A stretch of DNA of 57,003 nt, counting the filler, from Sphacelaria rigidula (taxonomy: Eukaryota), in NCBI GenBank assembly GCA_964200075.2. It is 7 parts of 7 records of this genome, joined end to end, with 100 filler letters (N's around TTAATTAATTAA, not from the genome) between each part and the next. Parts side by side here need not be neighbours in the genome. Positions count along the whole stretch, not along the records: positions 1 to 8,059 come from CAXNAA020012464.1; positions 8,160 to 16,217 come from CAXNAA020012465.1; 5 more parts are not named here. One strand, 5' to 3'. This document shows, in pieces, positions 1 to 12,123 of this stretch. The first letter of the stretch is position 1, and every line of letters begins with the position of its first letter. Below the pieces are notes generated by a model. It was not told the origin of the DNA and searched no databases. It saw only the letters and a list, made by a program, of their open reading frames with translations. The translations under genes were made by a program, and so were the position numbers.

Positions 1-318
1 CCGTCTCGAAAGGGATGCGTGGTCAATGGTCACACGACTACGGCAAGTAACAAATGGGTACGCCTTCCCCCCCTCGAAACAAAAAAGTGCCTGGCTTGGG
101 GAGGCGAAATCTTCACGTACATCGAAATGGAAAAAGGCCGAGCACAACGAGCAGCTGGGAATTCCCACGCTTGGGATCATTTTCGCCAATGTCGCCCATA
201 TGAGGCACTTCATGCAGCCTAAACCCAAACATCAGGCGCTGTATGGCCAATTTTTCGTGACACTTTTGAGCTGGGTTTGCGGGGGGGGAGTATCGTAGAA
301 AGTGTCAGACTTCTGAGC

Positions 319-576
319 TGTGACGCCAGCCTGGAGAAGGACTGGTGGATCACTGCTGTTGAGGGACTCCCCAGTCTTGCTGGCCCCAGCTTCACTTGTC
401 AGCCTTTACAACATCTCATATTACAAGGAGTGCCGTTCCAAGGCACTCACCTGCCAGACCTGCAGATACCATTCCCGTGTCCCCGGTCATAATTCGGAAT
501 TCTCTGGAACCCCCGTGCCCCAGTCATTATCCATATGATCACTACCAACTCATCGTAACGGCGTATTTTCGTCACA
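319..576 (-). repeat. 3' LTR of the Gypsy element
   Basis: Aligns with 5610-5868, with about 28 differences counted by eye (~11%). TG...CA ends. A purine-rich GGGGGTG lies adjacent on the minus strand at ~578-584 (PPT-like). Confidence 0.93.
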
Positions 577-650
577 GCACCCCCGAAGCGCGTTGGACGA
601 AAATCGATCAACAAGCTTGCTACATAGAAAACGCCAAAACGATGAGTAAG

Positions 651-887
651 TCACAACTGAATACCAAACTCACTCGAAATTCGAGCAGCAACGGCACGAG
701 TCACGCGCAATTTACGCAACTCCTTCGTACGAAATTCCGGAGCGGCCTCAAAACTATCCTTGAAAGGCTCCCACGTACGCCCCTCAACTTCGAAACCAAC
801 CCAGTGGACCAACACTATCAACGAACGATCGTCTGCCTGCCACTCGGACAATACCAGCCATCTGAAATTGCCCCTGATTGAAAGCAT
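651..887 (-). pseudogene. Chromodomain at integrase C-terminus
   Basis: LVHWVGFEVEGRTWEP motif, just upstream of the 3' LTR on the minus strand. Confidence 0.8.
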
Positions 888-919
888 GCTGGAACACGTC
901 CTTCACGTCAGCCGTAACA

Positions 920-1700
920 TTAAGCTGCGAGTCTGCATAAAAGCGCAAACGAGCTACATGGGCGGTCTGACCACGACCCGAAACAAATGTTCTGAACCTC
1001 GAACACGTGCGGGTGGTGAGCACCAACCACTCTCCATGGACCAGTCCACGTCGCCATCAACTTGGACGTAACGCCCGGACGACGCATGCGTAGATAAAAG
1101 ACATAGCCGCCGCAAACTGGTGATCGACGGGCCAAGAGGGCATTCTTGAAATGCGTGGCGGTATCACTCACCCACACACGTGGCACCCCCAATGTTTTGC
1201 ACCAATTCAGCCAAGATGCAGCAGTCGATTCAGCAGTACCCACTGCTACTGGTTCCAGAGGCACGAAGATGCTGAAATCATCCATGATTACCAAAATGTA
1301 TCGAAACCCAGCATCTTCCGACAAAGCTTGGGAAGCTAGCGAGTCACTCTCGCCCACGTACAAGAAGTCAAAATGAACGACTTCAGTCGGCGTAGTCTCA
1401 TGGACCGTTACGCCGATGATCGCCCGCCCTCGAGTGAGCTTAGTGAAGACACTATCGGACAAACTCGCGCACATGAGTTTCTATCCCCTGCCAGGCACGA
1501 GAGTCTTGCAAGCGCACGAGCGTCGCAGCCACACCACGATGCCCGGTGTCGCGCATGTGCGCGCAAATCATCAGACTTACCTGCAACTGCTTGTCAGAAC
1601 TCGGAATCCACAAAACGTTTCGGCCACGCACAGGCACACGAAACAGACCTCCATTATCCAAGATAGCAGTACCAACGTCCGACTCGAAAGATTGCACATG
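920..1700 (-). pseudogene. Integrase (Zn-binding His pair and rve core), disrupted
   Basis: CAHMRDTGHRG; VVHFDFLYVG...YILVIMDDFS...VWVSDTATHFKN; WTGPWRV. Confidence 0.88.
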
Positions 1701-1849
1701 CGCATCTGCGGCCCCAAGGTATTTTTGTTGCGCTTGGCGGACAACAGATTTGGACGGCATCGAGTCATCAGGTTCACACGGACCATACACAGCCACAGAG
1801 CGCACAGGAAAAGCCGGAATATTCCCCCAACGCGGAAGCAAGTCACGGC

Positions 1850-2800
1850 GTGAGCTACTAGGTCCTTCGCTTCCGCCCAGGCCTACAACCTGCCCTCCGT
1901 CCACGATGCAGGCAGAATAGCGCGGTTTTGCAACACGTTTCGTCCGCCTCGCAGTACCCGCCGTGAATTCTTCGAGGAAAAAACGCAAGGGAGCTACGAT
2001 TTCTGCCATACGCGGCAACGAGGTACGCAGCCAATTCACGGCCTGCAGGAATTGCATGAGTTCTGCGGCCGGCTCTGGGCGCCGGATATCGGACGAGCCT
2101 TGCAATCTTACAGGATCATGAGATACGCGCCCGTGTGAGTACACTTTCCCACACCACACGAGTTCACTAGCGAAGAAAGGGCATTTGTGCACCGCCGCAA
2201 ACAAACCAACATTCTCTAAACGGGTCAAGAATGCATCAAGCGTGTCTAAAAGTTCGTCTTCCGTGTCCGCGAAAAAAACACATCATTCACCCATATCTTG
2301 CATTTCAAGCCGACAAGCAGTTCTGTCATGATGCCTTGAAAATATGCCGTGGCATTCAGCACGCCTTGCGGCACTCGCTTCGGGGTAAACAAGCCTAATG
2401 GGGGTCGTGATTGTGAAAATCTCCTGCGACTCCTTCGCCGACGGTATCTGCCAATAACCTTATACGAAGTCCAACTTGCCAAAAACAAGCACTCAACAGA
2501 TCGCGCATGTCCGACTCTTAATTGGGCATCACACCCGGCGACTTCTCAACCTGCTCATTTACGGCCTTGAAGTCGCTTACCAGACGAAACGAGTCCTTCC
2601 TCGGAACCACAATCGCCGGACTGGACCATACCGCCTGCAGGTTCCGGACTATCAACCCAAGCGCCAAAAGAGCCTCCATGCACGACACCAACCAGCTCAA
2701 CTTCACCGGGTCGTACCGCCGCGGCTTCGCCTTCACCGCGGACGCCCCAGGTTTCAGCTGAACACGCTTGGGCTCTACGTGCGTAGGGAGATCACCCCGC
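1850..2800 (-). pseudogene. Gypsy reverse transcriptase, frameshifted; RNase H appears deleted
   Basis: WSSPAIVVPRKDSFRLVSDFKAVN; RVPQGVLNATAYFQ; KIWVND (degenerate xxDD); LMQFLQAVNWLR. Confidence 0.88.
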
Positions 2801-3139
2801 AGCGCACGACGAAATTTGTTGACGCGGCGATGCAGGATGCCGCGCAGGCGTTCCGCTTTGGGGACGCTGAGGCCTTTCGCCACAGTATCCGTCACGCTCT
2901 CCTCCAGCGCGACCTTCCGAGCGAACTCCTCTTCCGCGGGGTCCATAAACATGTCCGATCCGCGCTCCACCAAGCGTTCCGCCGCCGTATCCCGCTCCTC
3001 GGTCACCTGCCCCCAGCCTTCTGAAAAGCATCCACCGACAAGCTCACGTGACGACTGCCCAAAAAGGCGGGCGTCTCCACGTGCGGACCAGGCGGAGACA
3101 TCCGTGATGGAGTCCTTCAAGCGCTCACACGGGTCGACT

Positions 3140-3480
3140 CCAAGATCCTGAAGCGTCGGCAACCCCAGAAGAATAACGCCATCCGGTCCCGGCATGATTG
3201 CGAACGAGATCAGCGGCAACGGCGCCAGCCCCCAGGCAGTCTTGAAAGCCAGCTGCAGCGGAACAATGCGCTCCGTGACATAAAATTTGGATTCGACGAA
3301 GTGACTGCCTGCCGCGCCCCGAGCGAGAACGTGATGTGCAGCGGCACACCCAGGAGAAGATGCTCCAGCATGTCTACGATCTGCACCGACAGAGTAGTGA
3401 AGTGGGCGCCAGAATCCAACACAGCCCGAAGCACACTGGCTCCATGCTGCCGTTGATTCGGAAGACACAACTCCGCAGGA
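3140..3480 (-). pseudogene. Retropepsin aspartic protease, frameshifted
   Basis: VLRAVLDSGAHFT and GVILLGLPTLQDLG motifs. Confidence 0.85.
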
Positions 3481-3599
3481 ACGTACTTGTCCACAAACTC
3501 CACTGGCACTTCGTCCGCCGACCAATGCGCCGCTGTTCCCACTTGACGCCACGGCTGCGCAGGCGAAGACGCCCCGGTAGGTTCATACGGCACCGCCTG

Positions 3600-4502
3600 C
3601 GGGTACGACCCCTAGCCACCAGACCAAGAATTTGGCGAACTTCCGACCAGCGCATCAGCAGGCGTCGTGCCTGGCGCAGCTGCCGGTGTCGCCAACGGCG
3701 CCACCACCGGCGCCACCACCGGCGCCGGCGCAGTGTTCGACACTGTAGAAGTCTGTCCCAACTGCACCGTCCGTTGCGGAACAGCAGCACGTATAGCGGC
3801 GCCGGACCCAGAACCAGACCCACGCTGAGGCCGCTGCCCCTGCTGCTGGTGCTGCTGCCGCTGCTGGTGCTGAGGACTCGACTGCGACCCTCCATCGCCG
3901 GGGGATCCGCCGCCGCCACCTCGATTACCTCGTCCTTTGCCCTTGTGCTGACGATGCTGATGGCGGTATGAGACTACCCAGACTTTCCACCTGAAGACGT
4001 TTGACAATCTCCCGCGTAATGGTCGACCTGGTCATAGCGGTGGCACTCGCGGCGCGGCCGGCCGATCTCGAGCCGTGGTTGCGCAAAGATTTCGGCAAGG
4101 AGGTATACGACTGACCGAACACCTCATTTTCCGCAATTCCTTGGCCTCGGCTACGACGGTGTCCATCACCAGGTAGGGGTCTGCCTTTCAATTACTTTTG
4201 TGCTGCAGCTTGACAAGCACGTTTTGCTTGAATTCTTCCTACGCCAACCCCTCCACCAAAACCTTAGTGATTACTGCAGCCGGGCCGGGGATGAACTCAC
4301 CATCAGCGGAACGATATACCACTTCAACGTTCGGATTTTCCGTGAAGTACTTCTCCAAATTTGACCGGATGGGCTCCACCCGCTCCAACATTGTCCTTCC
4401 CCTATAATCCATGGCGACAGCTTTCACCACGGCCGCGGACGCTTGGGTCATCTCCACCTCGGCGCCCGCCGCATGCCCTGTTAATCGTGTAATTTCACTC
4501 AT
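3600..4502 (-). pseudogene. Probable gag region, disrupted
   Basis: Lies between the 5' LTR and the protease; Q/P/A-rich low-complexity ORF fragments. No clear gag motif recognised. Confidence 0.5.
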
Positions 4503-5609
4503 GTTACATGTAAGATCCAGGATACTCTGACGAGACTATCGGAGGAAAATGTGGCGGATTAACCGATGGGAAACGGTACTGGTGATTTCCAGGAATGGTA
4601 CTGTGGAACGACGGTTCAGGTCGATTCTTGGAATGTTCTTGAAAGTGTTCGTTGTTCTCACTTTTGTTCTCGAATGATCCGGAAACGACGGGGAGTTATC
4701 TCGTGGTATACGGTACGTTTCTGCGGGATGAAACAGTTGATATTTGCCGTAGCTCGAGAAGGATTCTCGACGGAGATGCGCCTCCGCGTCTCTCGCCCCA
4801 CCGTGTTCGGTGATTGTGTGCATGTGTGTGTGCTTTCCTACCTATGAGCGGTTTGATTTGAATGAGACAACAAAAGACAACTATACACTTCTACTTCTGT
4901 GACTTCATCGACAGCGGACGCTGTGCGAGGTTGCCTTCTACGTTTGTGGTTGAGCATTGGGTGCTCAAGCCACATAACTCTAGACTCTACCGAACATGCC
5001 TAGCATGCTTTTTGATCGCCGCAACCAATTGCGGCGGGGATATTGTGCTCTCATATTGTTCCAAACGAACAAACACTCTCTGCAGATGAGTTGGCACTTG
5101 TTGAGCCATTGGCACCAGCCTATGCTGCACAGCACCCCCTGCGTTAGCGTGCTCCACACGCTGCTTGTACTCCAAATACTTCGTATAAAAAGTGCAAGAT
5201 GCACTCTCTGAGTACCTATGCCCGTATTGGGGAGGTCACAACTCTTCCCGCATGACCTGGGGCGTCACGCTGGACTTGCCACGCGAGCCGGTCGCCATAG
5301 CTGCAACCGGCTACCTGCGAACCTTTTGCAGGCCAGCGGACTTTCGCGAATTGCACACTTCCTTGCTTCGTCGCCGTACCACACAGTTGTAGGAGCCTCC
5401 GAACTCCCGCTGCACGCAGCATAAGCAAGTCTCCAGTCTGGATCAGTAACAGGCCAGCCGCCGTTCTGCAGCCGCCTCCGCTGGGACCCTCGCCACGCGT
5501 CCATGGTTTTCCAGATTTCCCACAGCTTCCAGACTCTTCCGCCGAAATCCTCCCAGCAGGTTTTGCTAGGTGCTATTTCTAACACTAACACTAGCACTAA
5601 TATCGATGT

Positions 5610-5868
5610 TGTGACGCCAGCCTGGAGAAGGACTGGTGGATCATTGCTGTTGAGGGACTCCCTAGTCTCACTGGCCTCAGTTTCAGTTGTCAGCCTTTAC
5701 AACATCTCATATTATCAGAAGTACCGTTCCAAGGCGCCCACCTTCTATACCTGCAGGTACCATCCCCGTGTCCCCGGTCATTATCCAGAATTTTCCAGAA
5801 TCCCCGTGCCCCCAGTCATTATCCATATGATCACTACCAACTCAGCGTAACGGCGTATTTTCGTTACA
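5610..5868 (-). repeat. 5' LTR of the Gypsy element
   Basis: Homologous to 319-576 and followed by TSD GAGC. Confidence 0.93.
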
Positions 5869-6289
5869 GAGCACATGGGCACCTTCCCCATGATCAGACG
5901 ATTAATACTGCATATGAAGATCATGGCCCAACTCGTCTGTGTCGATGAGATATTATTACGTTGAGAGCTTAAATCTTCGTCTAGTCCGGCCCAGCTCGTA
6001 TCTGCAGGATGATGAATGGTATTTCACTCGTGACCTTACACTGTACTACTGTTGTGCACCAAGTATGCACTGTTCTCGCAAATACCGACTGTACCATCGT
6101 GTATAAACACACGGCATTCTCGCGTACTGTGATCGTGAGGTGTACACCACACCACTGCGGAAAATGGCCCTCCGTCTGTGTGTGTGTTGTCCCATCTGTT
6201 CTGGACGCCGGTCATGGGCTTCTAGTAGAGACAGTTAAAACTTGAGTGACGAGCTAACATGGTTTAGATCGCTACCGTCAAAAGGACCC

Positions 6290-6520
6290 AAGGCGCACGA
6301 GACCCTCGGGCAAGGAGGGTGTATAGATCCTCCTAGGCAAAGTGTGCGTCGGCAGACTTCAAATCGTCAACAAAAACACGTTCTGGACGAGCTGGGTCCA
6401 CTGCTCACCTGCCCTAAACCATATTTGTTCTCAGAACTTTACTATGTCTAAAATCGAGTAGTCATCCCTGTCAACCATTGTGTACGAACATTTCTTTGGG
6501 TCTACTGCTCTAAGGGTTAA
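6290..6520 (+). repeat. Dispersed repeat, family also at ~51740-52035 (+) and ~48400-48535 (-)
   Basis: accctcgggcaagg...gcaaa(g/a)tgtgcg core in all copies (diverged in the 48.4-kb copy); aacacgttctggacgagctgggtc(c/t)actgctcacc shared with the 51.8-kb copy. Confidence 0.75.
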
Positions 6521-7569
6521 CAAGCCTCTTTTCATGCTACAAGCCAACGTGTCGTGTAACAGTTTGAAAGGTGCATGTGACCGTCGTTCGAATAAATTAG
6601 TCGCTCTCAATCATGCCTTCAACTCTAAATCTCACGAAAACATTGTTATACGGAGTGAAAAATTGGCCAAGTTAAAGCGAATGATAACTGCCATTGTCAA
6701 TCAGCGCTCTACTCTCACTATCACGAAAACATCGTTGGTAGTATATTCACCGTTACTCCCACCTTGATTGCGTGAGGTGGTAGAGGTGCATCAGTTTGTT
6801 TTTTGAAGAACATGACCCCCCAATGTTGAAAAAATCGAGAAAAAGACGATCCGGGGGTGGGTGGGGGGGCGGGGGGTTTGGGCGTCGAGCGGCAGGCTTG
6901 TGTCAATTACTTGAATGTAGTGTGGACACCAACTACTTCACTTTAGTATAGTTGTAGACTACTTGATCTTTGTATGGTTATCAACTCCTTGAAGTTAGTG
7001 AAGTAGTAGACTACTTGGTTTGTGTATAGCTTGATTAACATTTGATGATTCTATAGATGCTGGAGCAAGGCCAAATAAAATAGCACGTGCCTGTCTTGCC
7101 ACTTAGAAGCCAGCGCGGACGTGTAGGGCATGCGAAAAGGCGATTCCTCTGTGATTCTTGAAGGTCTCTGTAGTCTAAGTAGGTCGTGGTGCGGGTGGCG
7201 TTTCCTACATAGGGTCTCCAGAGTAGCTAGCTTACTTACGAACAACATTGTTTGGATATTGCTCGCAAAGTATTCTTTCCGCTTTTTCAATGAGCGTCTC
7301 CCTACGACTAACACAACTATGCAGCAGTTTACACCAAGCCTCGCAAGCTCCATGTAATTATCGGCTGCGATTACAATATCCGACAGTAACCGCGGGTCAG
7401 ACAACTTTCGCCCCGGTTGCAGCAACCGCAACCTTCACGGCGGTCAGCGCAAGAAGACTGCCATGCAAATGTCGAAAATCATGATCGCTGCTTGTGCCTT
7501 CAAACCTGAAGAAGAGCGCAAGATGGCTTGAAACTAAGTGGCACAAACCCCCAGCAAAAACAGAGTCGA

Positions 7570-7995
7570 CTACGTTGAGTGACCCGGGTCAGCGGGATAT
7601 TCCCCTTCCCCGGATATATAAGATATATGGCATCAGGATTGATGTTTGCGGATGATTTTGTGGGGATTCCAGGAACACCAGAAGGACTACAGACACAGAT
7701 AGGCAAGGCGCTAGAATACACCGGGAAATGGAGAGTGACAGCGATCGTCAACAAATGCGCGGTACTCGTCTGTTACGAAGATCAGAAGAATCCGGTAGAG
7801 TTCAAATGGAAATGGGGAGAAGAGGGACTGCCGATCGTAGACCAGTATACGAACCTTGGCGTAGAGATCTCAAGAAAATGTTCTTGGGATGCACACATAA
7901 ACAAAGTAAAAGAAAAGGGTAAGGTACAGATAGGCAGGTTGGGCGGGATCCTCAGAGACCCGCGCCTAGACGCTAGGATCAAGAGATGTATCCTG
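7570..7995 (+). mobile_element. Non-LTR retrotransposon (LINE) reverse transcriptase fragment
   Basis: GLMFADDFVG...GLQTQI...KWRVTAIVNKCAVL...VDQYTNLGV, typical of LINE RT domains 5-7 and thumb. Confidence 0.85.
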
Positions 7996-8059
7996 TGTTG
8001 GAATAATTCGTGGTCGTGGCACTGTCCTTGCGACAGACCAACTACTGTTCAGCGAACAG

Positions 8060-8159
8060 NNNNNNNNNNNNNNNNNNNNNNNNNNNNNNNNNNNNNNNNN
8101 NNNTTAATTAATTAANNNNNNNNNNNNNNNNNNNNNNNNNNNNNNNNNNNNNNNNNNNN
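8060..8159. other. Artificial contig-joining spacer; also at 16218-16317, 24376-24475, 32534-32633, 40692-40791, 48848-48947
   Basis: N44-TTAATTAATTAA-N44 (stops in all six frames), recurring every ~8158 bp. Confidence 0.97.
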
Positions 8160-8227
8160 GCATTTGTTGTGGGAAAAACCTCAGTTGTAAATCCTCAGTT
8201 TTCCATCAACGGTTCCAAAAGGGTTAA

Positions 8228-8329
8228 CCCTTAGACTGCGATGCGGGTAGTCCATCTGCATCACGCTTACGTTTTTCAAGTGAAGATTGATGCCGATTCT
8301 GCAGGTGACCTACCCTCGCGGTCCAAGGG
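8228..8329. mobile_element. piggyBac-like MITE (102 bp)
   Basis: TTAA|CCCTTAGACTGCGA...TCGCGGTCCAAGGG|TTAA; imperfect TIRs and TTAA duplication. Confidence 0.65.
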
Positions 8330-9225
8330 TTAACCCCTTCGGAACTCACAATGGAAAATTGATCATTTGCAATTGACGGTTTTTGAGCACAATATGGTTG
8401 ACGGTTTACAGCTCAGACGCAACAACATTCACCCAATACGTATTTCTCAGACGTGTGCGAGTGACAAGTGGAACAAAAGAAGGTTTCCTGTTTACCGATG
8501 TGCCATACTCGTACGAGACCCTGGAACGCATGTTTTTTTAAATTGAATGTTTCATATCCTCCTAGTGTTTTTGCTAATTATTGTCGATGGATACAATTGG
8601 ACACACTTCATCCGTTGCGTGATATGATTGGACAAACCTCACCCAACCTCTCCAGGGAGGACATTTTTTCATTTTTCCTGCACCCGCCGCGTGTGCTACT
8701 AGATTTTTCTTCAGTCTTCCATCATAAAATGGTTGCCGTCAGCCTTTTCTGCTTCCATCTTTTCCTCTTTGCCAGGGCTTCTCATAATGAGGCGTTTGGC
8801 CCAGGGACAGGAGGGTAGGTTTCAAAAAGGGTTCAGTTGAATTCACATATGAGTCATCGTATCTATTTGAGGTCACGAACGCCGAGCAGAACCTGACAGG
8901 CTCATGGCTTGGAATCCCTTTTTTCGATGACGTGTCATTTAACACGCTGAAAGAGTGGTAGGCGGACGCAGTAGCAGGTGTGCAGAGCAGCGGCCTGAAC
9001 CCATTTACGGGTTGATCGCAGGCAGTACGATTGTTGAAGGTTGCACAACCAGAATACTGTACTGCAGTTCTGTGAGGGTTTTGTGAGGATTCGCATCGCC
9101 TCCCTACCCGCCCACCCTGTGCTTACGAAGGGTGTCATTGAGTAGAGACATGCTGTCCGAGCAGACCACGTAATGCCTTTGAAAATATAAAATATGACCT
9201 TGCGAAAAGAGATCCATGATGCCAA

Positions 9226-10240
9226 ATCCATGAGAAAAAATATACTATACCTCAAGCAAGAGCAGAGATTTCTTACGCATCACCAACGAGAAGAAATATC
9301 TGATGCCTCAGGGGACTGTGCGGAGAAGGTTTTCGGACACGGAGCCCCTCCCCTCCCCCCTCCCGGATGACATTTTTTCGGAAATTGCCATGATTTTTTT
9401 TTATTTTGTCGCCAAAAATTGAACAATAAACACTGACAAAACCCGAAAATTTTGGTGAGCTTTCCGGCGTTTGTATATTTACTTCTGCTCCTTATTTCCC
9501 GCTCTGTCCCGATGACCTTAGATGCCGGTCACGCTCACTCACGTTTATGTACACGAGCGCACGGTAGCGACAGCCTGTAGCCAAAGTAGCAACATTATCT
9601 CACGCCTCGCCAAACTTGCCCAGACTACTGGTAAGTACTCGAGGCATACGACACGGAACATGATATCATAAAATGTAACCATGGTGAGTGATGTGCTTGG
9701 GGAGGGCGGCGTTTCCGCCATCTCAGCGGTCTCCATGCCAACGATCTCTCTCTGTACACGACAGCTGACCACATCCGCCCACGCTTCGGCAATAAACTAG
9801 GGAACGGAAGGCTAGGTGCCCCCCCCCACCCCCACTCTAAAACTCAAAATTCCGATCTTGGCGTCCTTGTGTCGAGAGACCTTCTCTGCGCAGCCCCCTG
9901 GATGCCTCATCAATGAGAGGAGATATCTGATGCCCCGTTCACGAGATGAGATATCTTATGTCTCAACCACGAGAAAAAATATCTGATGCCTCATCCACGA
10001 CAGGAGAGACATGAAATACCTCATCCATAGAAATGAATGTCTGATGCTTCATCCACGAGAAGAGATATTTGATGCCCCAAGCTCGAGAAGAGATGAAACG
10101 CCTCATGCATGAGCAGAAATATCTCATGCCATTTCCACGAAAAGAAATATATTGCTTCGGCCACGAGAAACGATATATAATAAATCAGCCACGAGAAGAT
10201 AGATATAATGTCTCCATGAGAAGAGAGATGAAATATTTCT
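9226..10240 (+). repeat. Degenerate ~28-bp minisatellite (consensus ~catccacgagaagagatatctgatgcct) interrupted by a MITE
   Basis: Units visible at ~9226-9308 and ~9901-10240. Confidence 0.75.
9309..9900. mobile_element. Non-autonomous TIR element (MITE), P- or hAT-like termini
   Basis: ~32-bp imperfect TIRs CAGGGGACTGTGCGGAGAAGGT.../...ACCTTCTCTGCGCAGCCCCCTG; flanking 7-bp duplication GATGCCT at 9302-9308 and 9901-9907. Confidence 0.8.
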
Positions 10241-12123
10241 TCAAAGATAAGTATTACGTACCCTTGCCAACGTTCACTGGACAACAGACAATTCAGTGCA
10301 TGCAACGCGGCATCGCGATAATTTATGTGGAAAAGGACCCTAAAATTGCAAACGATCCGGAAGAGTGAGCAATCGCACGATACCATTGTGATGCGGAGGA
10401 GTCATTTTAATATGAGGGGTTTCCTCAAGTCCTGAAACACGCATGAAAAACGAAAACAAGAACAAAAACGAAGTGAGGTACAGATGTCGTCAACGTCGTA
10501 TCGTATTGCCTGAACTGGATCGGAAACCTGCCCTCACGTATATCGGGAAACGTAGCAAATGTCCGAAAATTTTCGAGTTTTTTTCTGAAGAACAAGCCAA
10601 AATTTCCGTCCGAAAGCAGTCTCGCAGCGATCCTCTTCGCCCCTAGAACCTTCTTGACCATACTCTTTTGGGCCGCGACCCGTTGGGTTCCGTTGAGGTC
10701 TCTGCAGCTGTTTGAGAACAATAATATCTGAGAGACCGGCTTCATTGTTGCTGTACCGTGAGGTAGAGACCAGCTAGACACCTCGAGGGGTCTGGTTGGT
10801 GTGTGAGGGATTCCTCCAGGCCATAGAAAGGGGTGGTGGAGATGTTTTTGATCCTCCAATGTTCTGCCGTGGGGTGGCGTGTTATTTGACTTTGAGGGGT
10901 AACGAGTGGTCAACAGTGGGTATGTTTCGGACAAAATGGGGGTAGAAGAACGGAAAAGGGGGGGAGATAAAAGTAGTAAATGGCGGTGGGTCGTCCCATC
11001 CCGTTCTCGGCCAAAAGGGGGCCTCTTGCGCAGGCCCGTGGCTCTGTTTGGTTTATAGGCGCGCCCGAGAGTTCGTGAAAGTCGAATCCCGTGCTCTGCG
11101 TAGGCCGAGGTCGTCTTGCCTTCGCGTCAGGATTGGGTTTAGATCCATTTAGGAGGAGCACGAGCAGAGCCCGTGGCTGTGCTTTGCCACTATCCCCTTT
11201 TGGCTGAAAAATGGGAGAGTCGACGCAATGCTGTCTGTTTCCTAAAATGGTGCACGTTAGCAGGCATATTCGATGAGGATTTGCGATTGTGTCTTGAACT
11301 ACAGTAGAAAGAAAAGCCAATCGGTTGTGCTCTGGGATTGTGGGGCGATGACACTACCAATCAGACACCGAGGTACATGGCGAAGTATATATTTTTTTCG
11401 GGGCATAATTTCCAGTCAGCCTGGCTCGTGGCTCTGGCTCTGCCCCACACAGAAAGGTAAGTATTGCAAGAATCCGTTGAGTTCTAGTCGAGATCGAGTG
11501 TTGATTATGCGCCGTGTGTTGGATGGGGGGGTACACTTCGACTGCGTGCCCCCCCCCTCTTGACCGCCCCGCAAGTGAATGGGGTGGTGGGAGGGGGACG
11601 CGTTAGGCCAGGGGAGGGAGAGCACGTACACGTACAGTGCAGTAGAGAGTCGTTAGACGGCCCAAGATGTGAGGGTTACTCAGAGGCCCCACCCCAGTGT
11701 ATTTTTCGCGGTTCTGTGGCGTCCAGCGTGCGGTGACATAAGATTGGAGTAGCCCGGGGGGGGGGGAGGAGAGGTGATCGGGTATCTCGATAGCTATGTA
11801 GATTCAGGCGAACCGACGAGGCAGCGGGCGGTAAGATAGGATAGGAGGATCTGGGTTACAGGGTAGCCATAGTCGATTGTTTATCCTCCAAGGTGCTGTT
11901 GCTCTATTTTTCCTGTGGTGCTTCGCTCCTGCGAGGCGTGTTTATGATGTTGTACGATTTCGTACAAGTAACAGAGTGAAATCAAATGAAACTACTTCGT
12001 AAATGCGATCTCACACCTCATTCTCTTCTCCTATTCCTGTCGCTCTCCCGCCCCCCCCCCCCCACACTCTCTTTTTCTTTCTCTGACGTCTCCGCACCAA
12101 CCTGCCCGATCAATGGCAACCAG

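Larger units (their letters stand above)
319..5868 (-). mobile_element. Full-length, degenerate Ty3/Gypsy LTR retrotransposon with chromodomain integrase (chromovirus-like)
   Basis: Two ~258-bp LTRs (319-576, 5610-5868), both TGTGAC...GT(C/T)ACA, with TSD GAGC at 315-318 and 5869-5872. Minus-strand order is protease (LDSGA), RT, integrase, chromodomain. ORFs are broken by frameshifts and stops. Confidence 0.95.

Noticed and set aside
7051-7431. Possible Copia RT remnant
   Set aside because: The resemblance is too weak to support without a search.
8104-8115. Recurrent TTAATTAATTAA motif
   Set aside because: It is an assembly linker embedded in N runs.
10021-10386. ORFs over the 28-bp repeat
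   Set aside because: The unit length is not a multiple of three and there is no consistent protein repeat.
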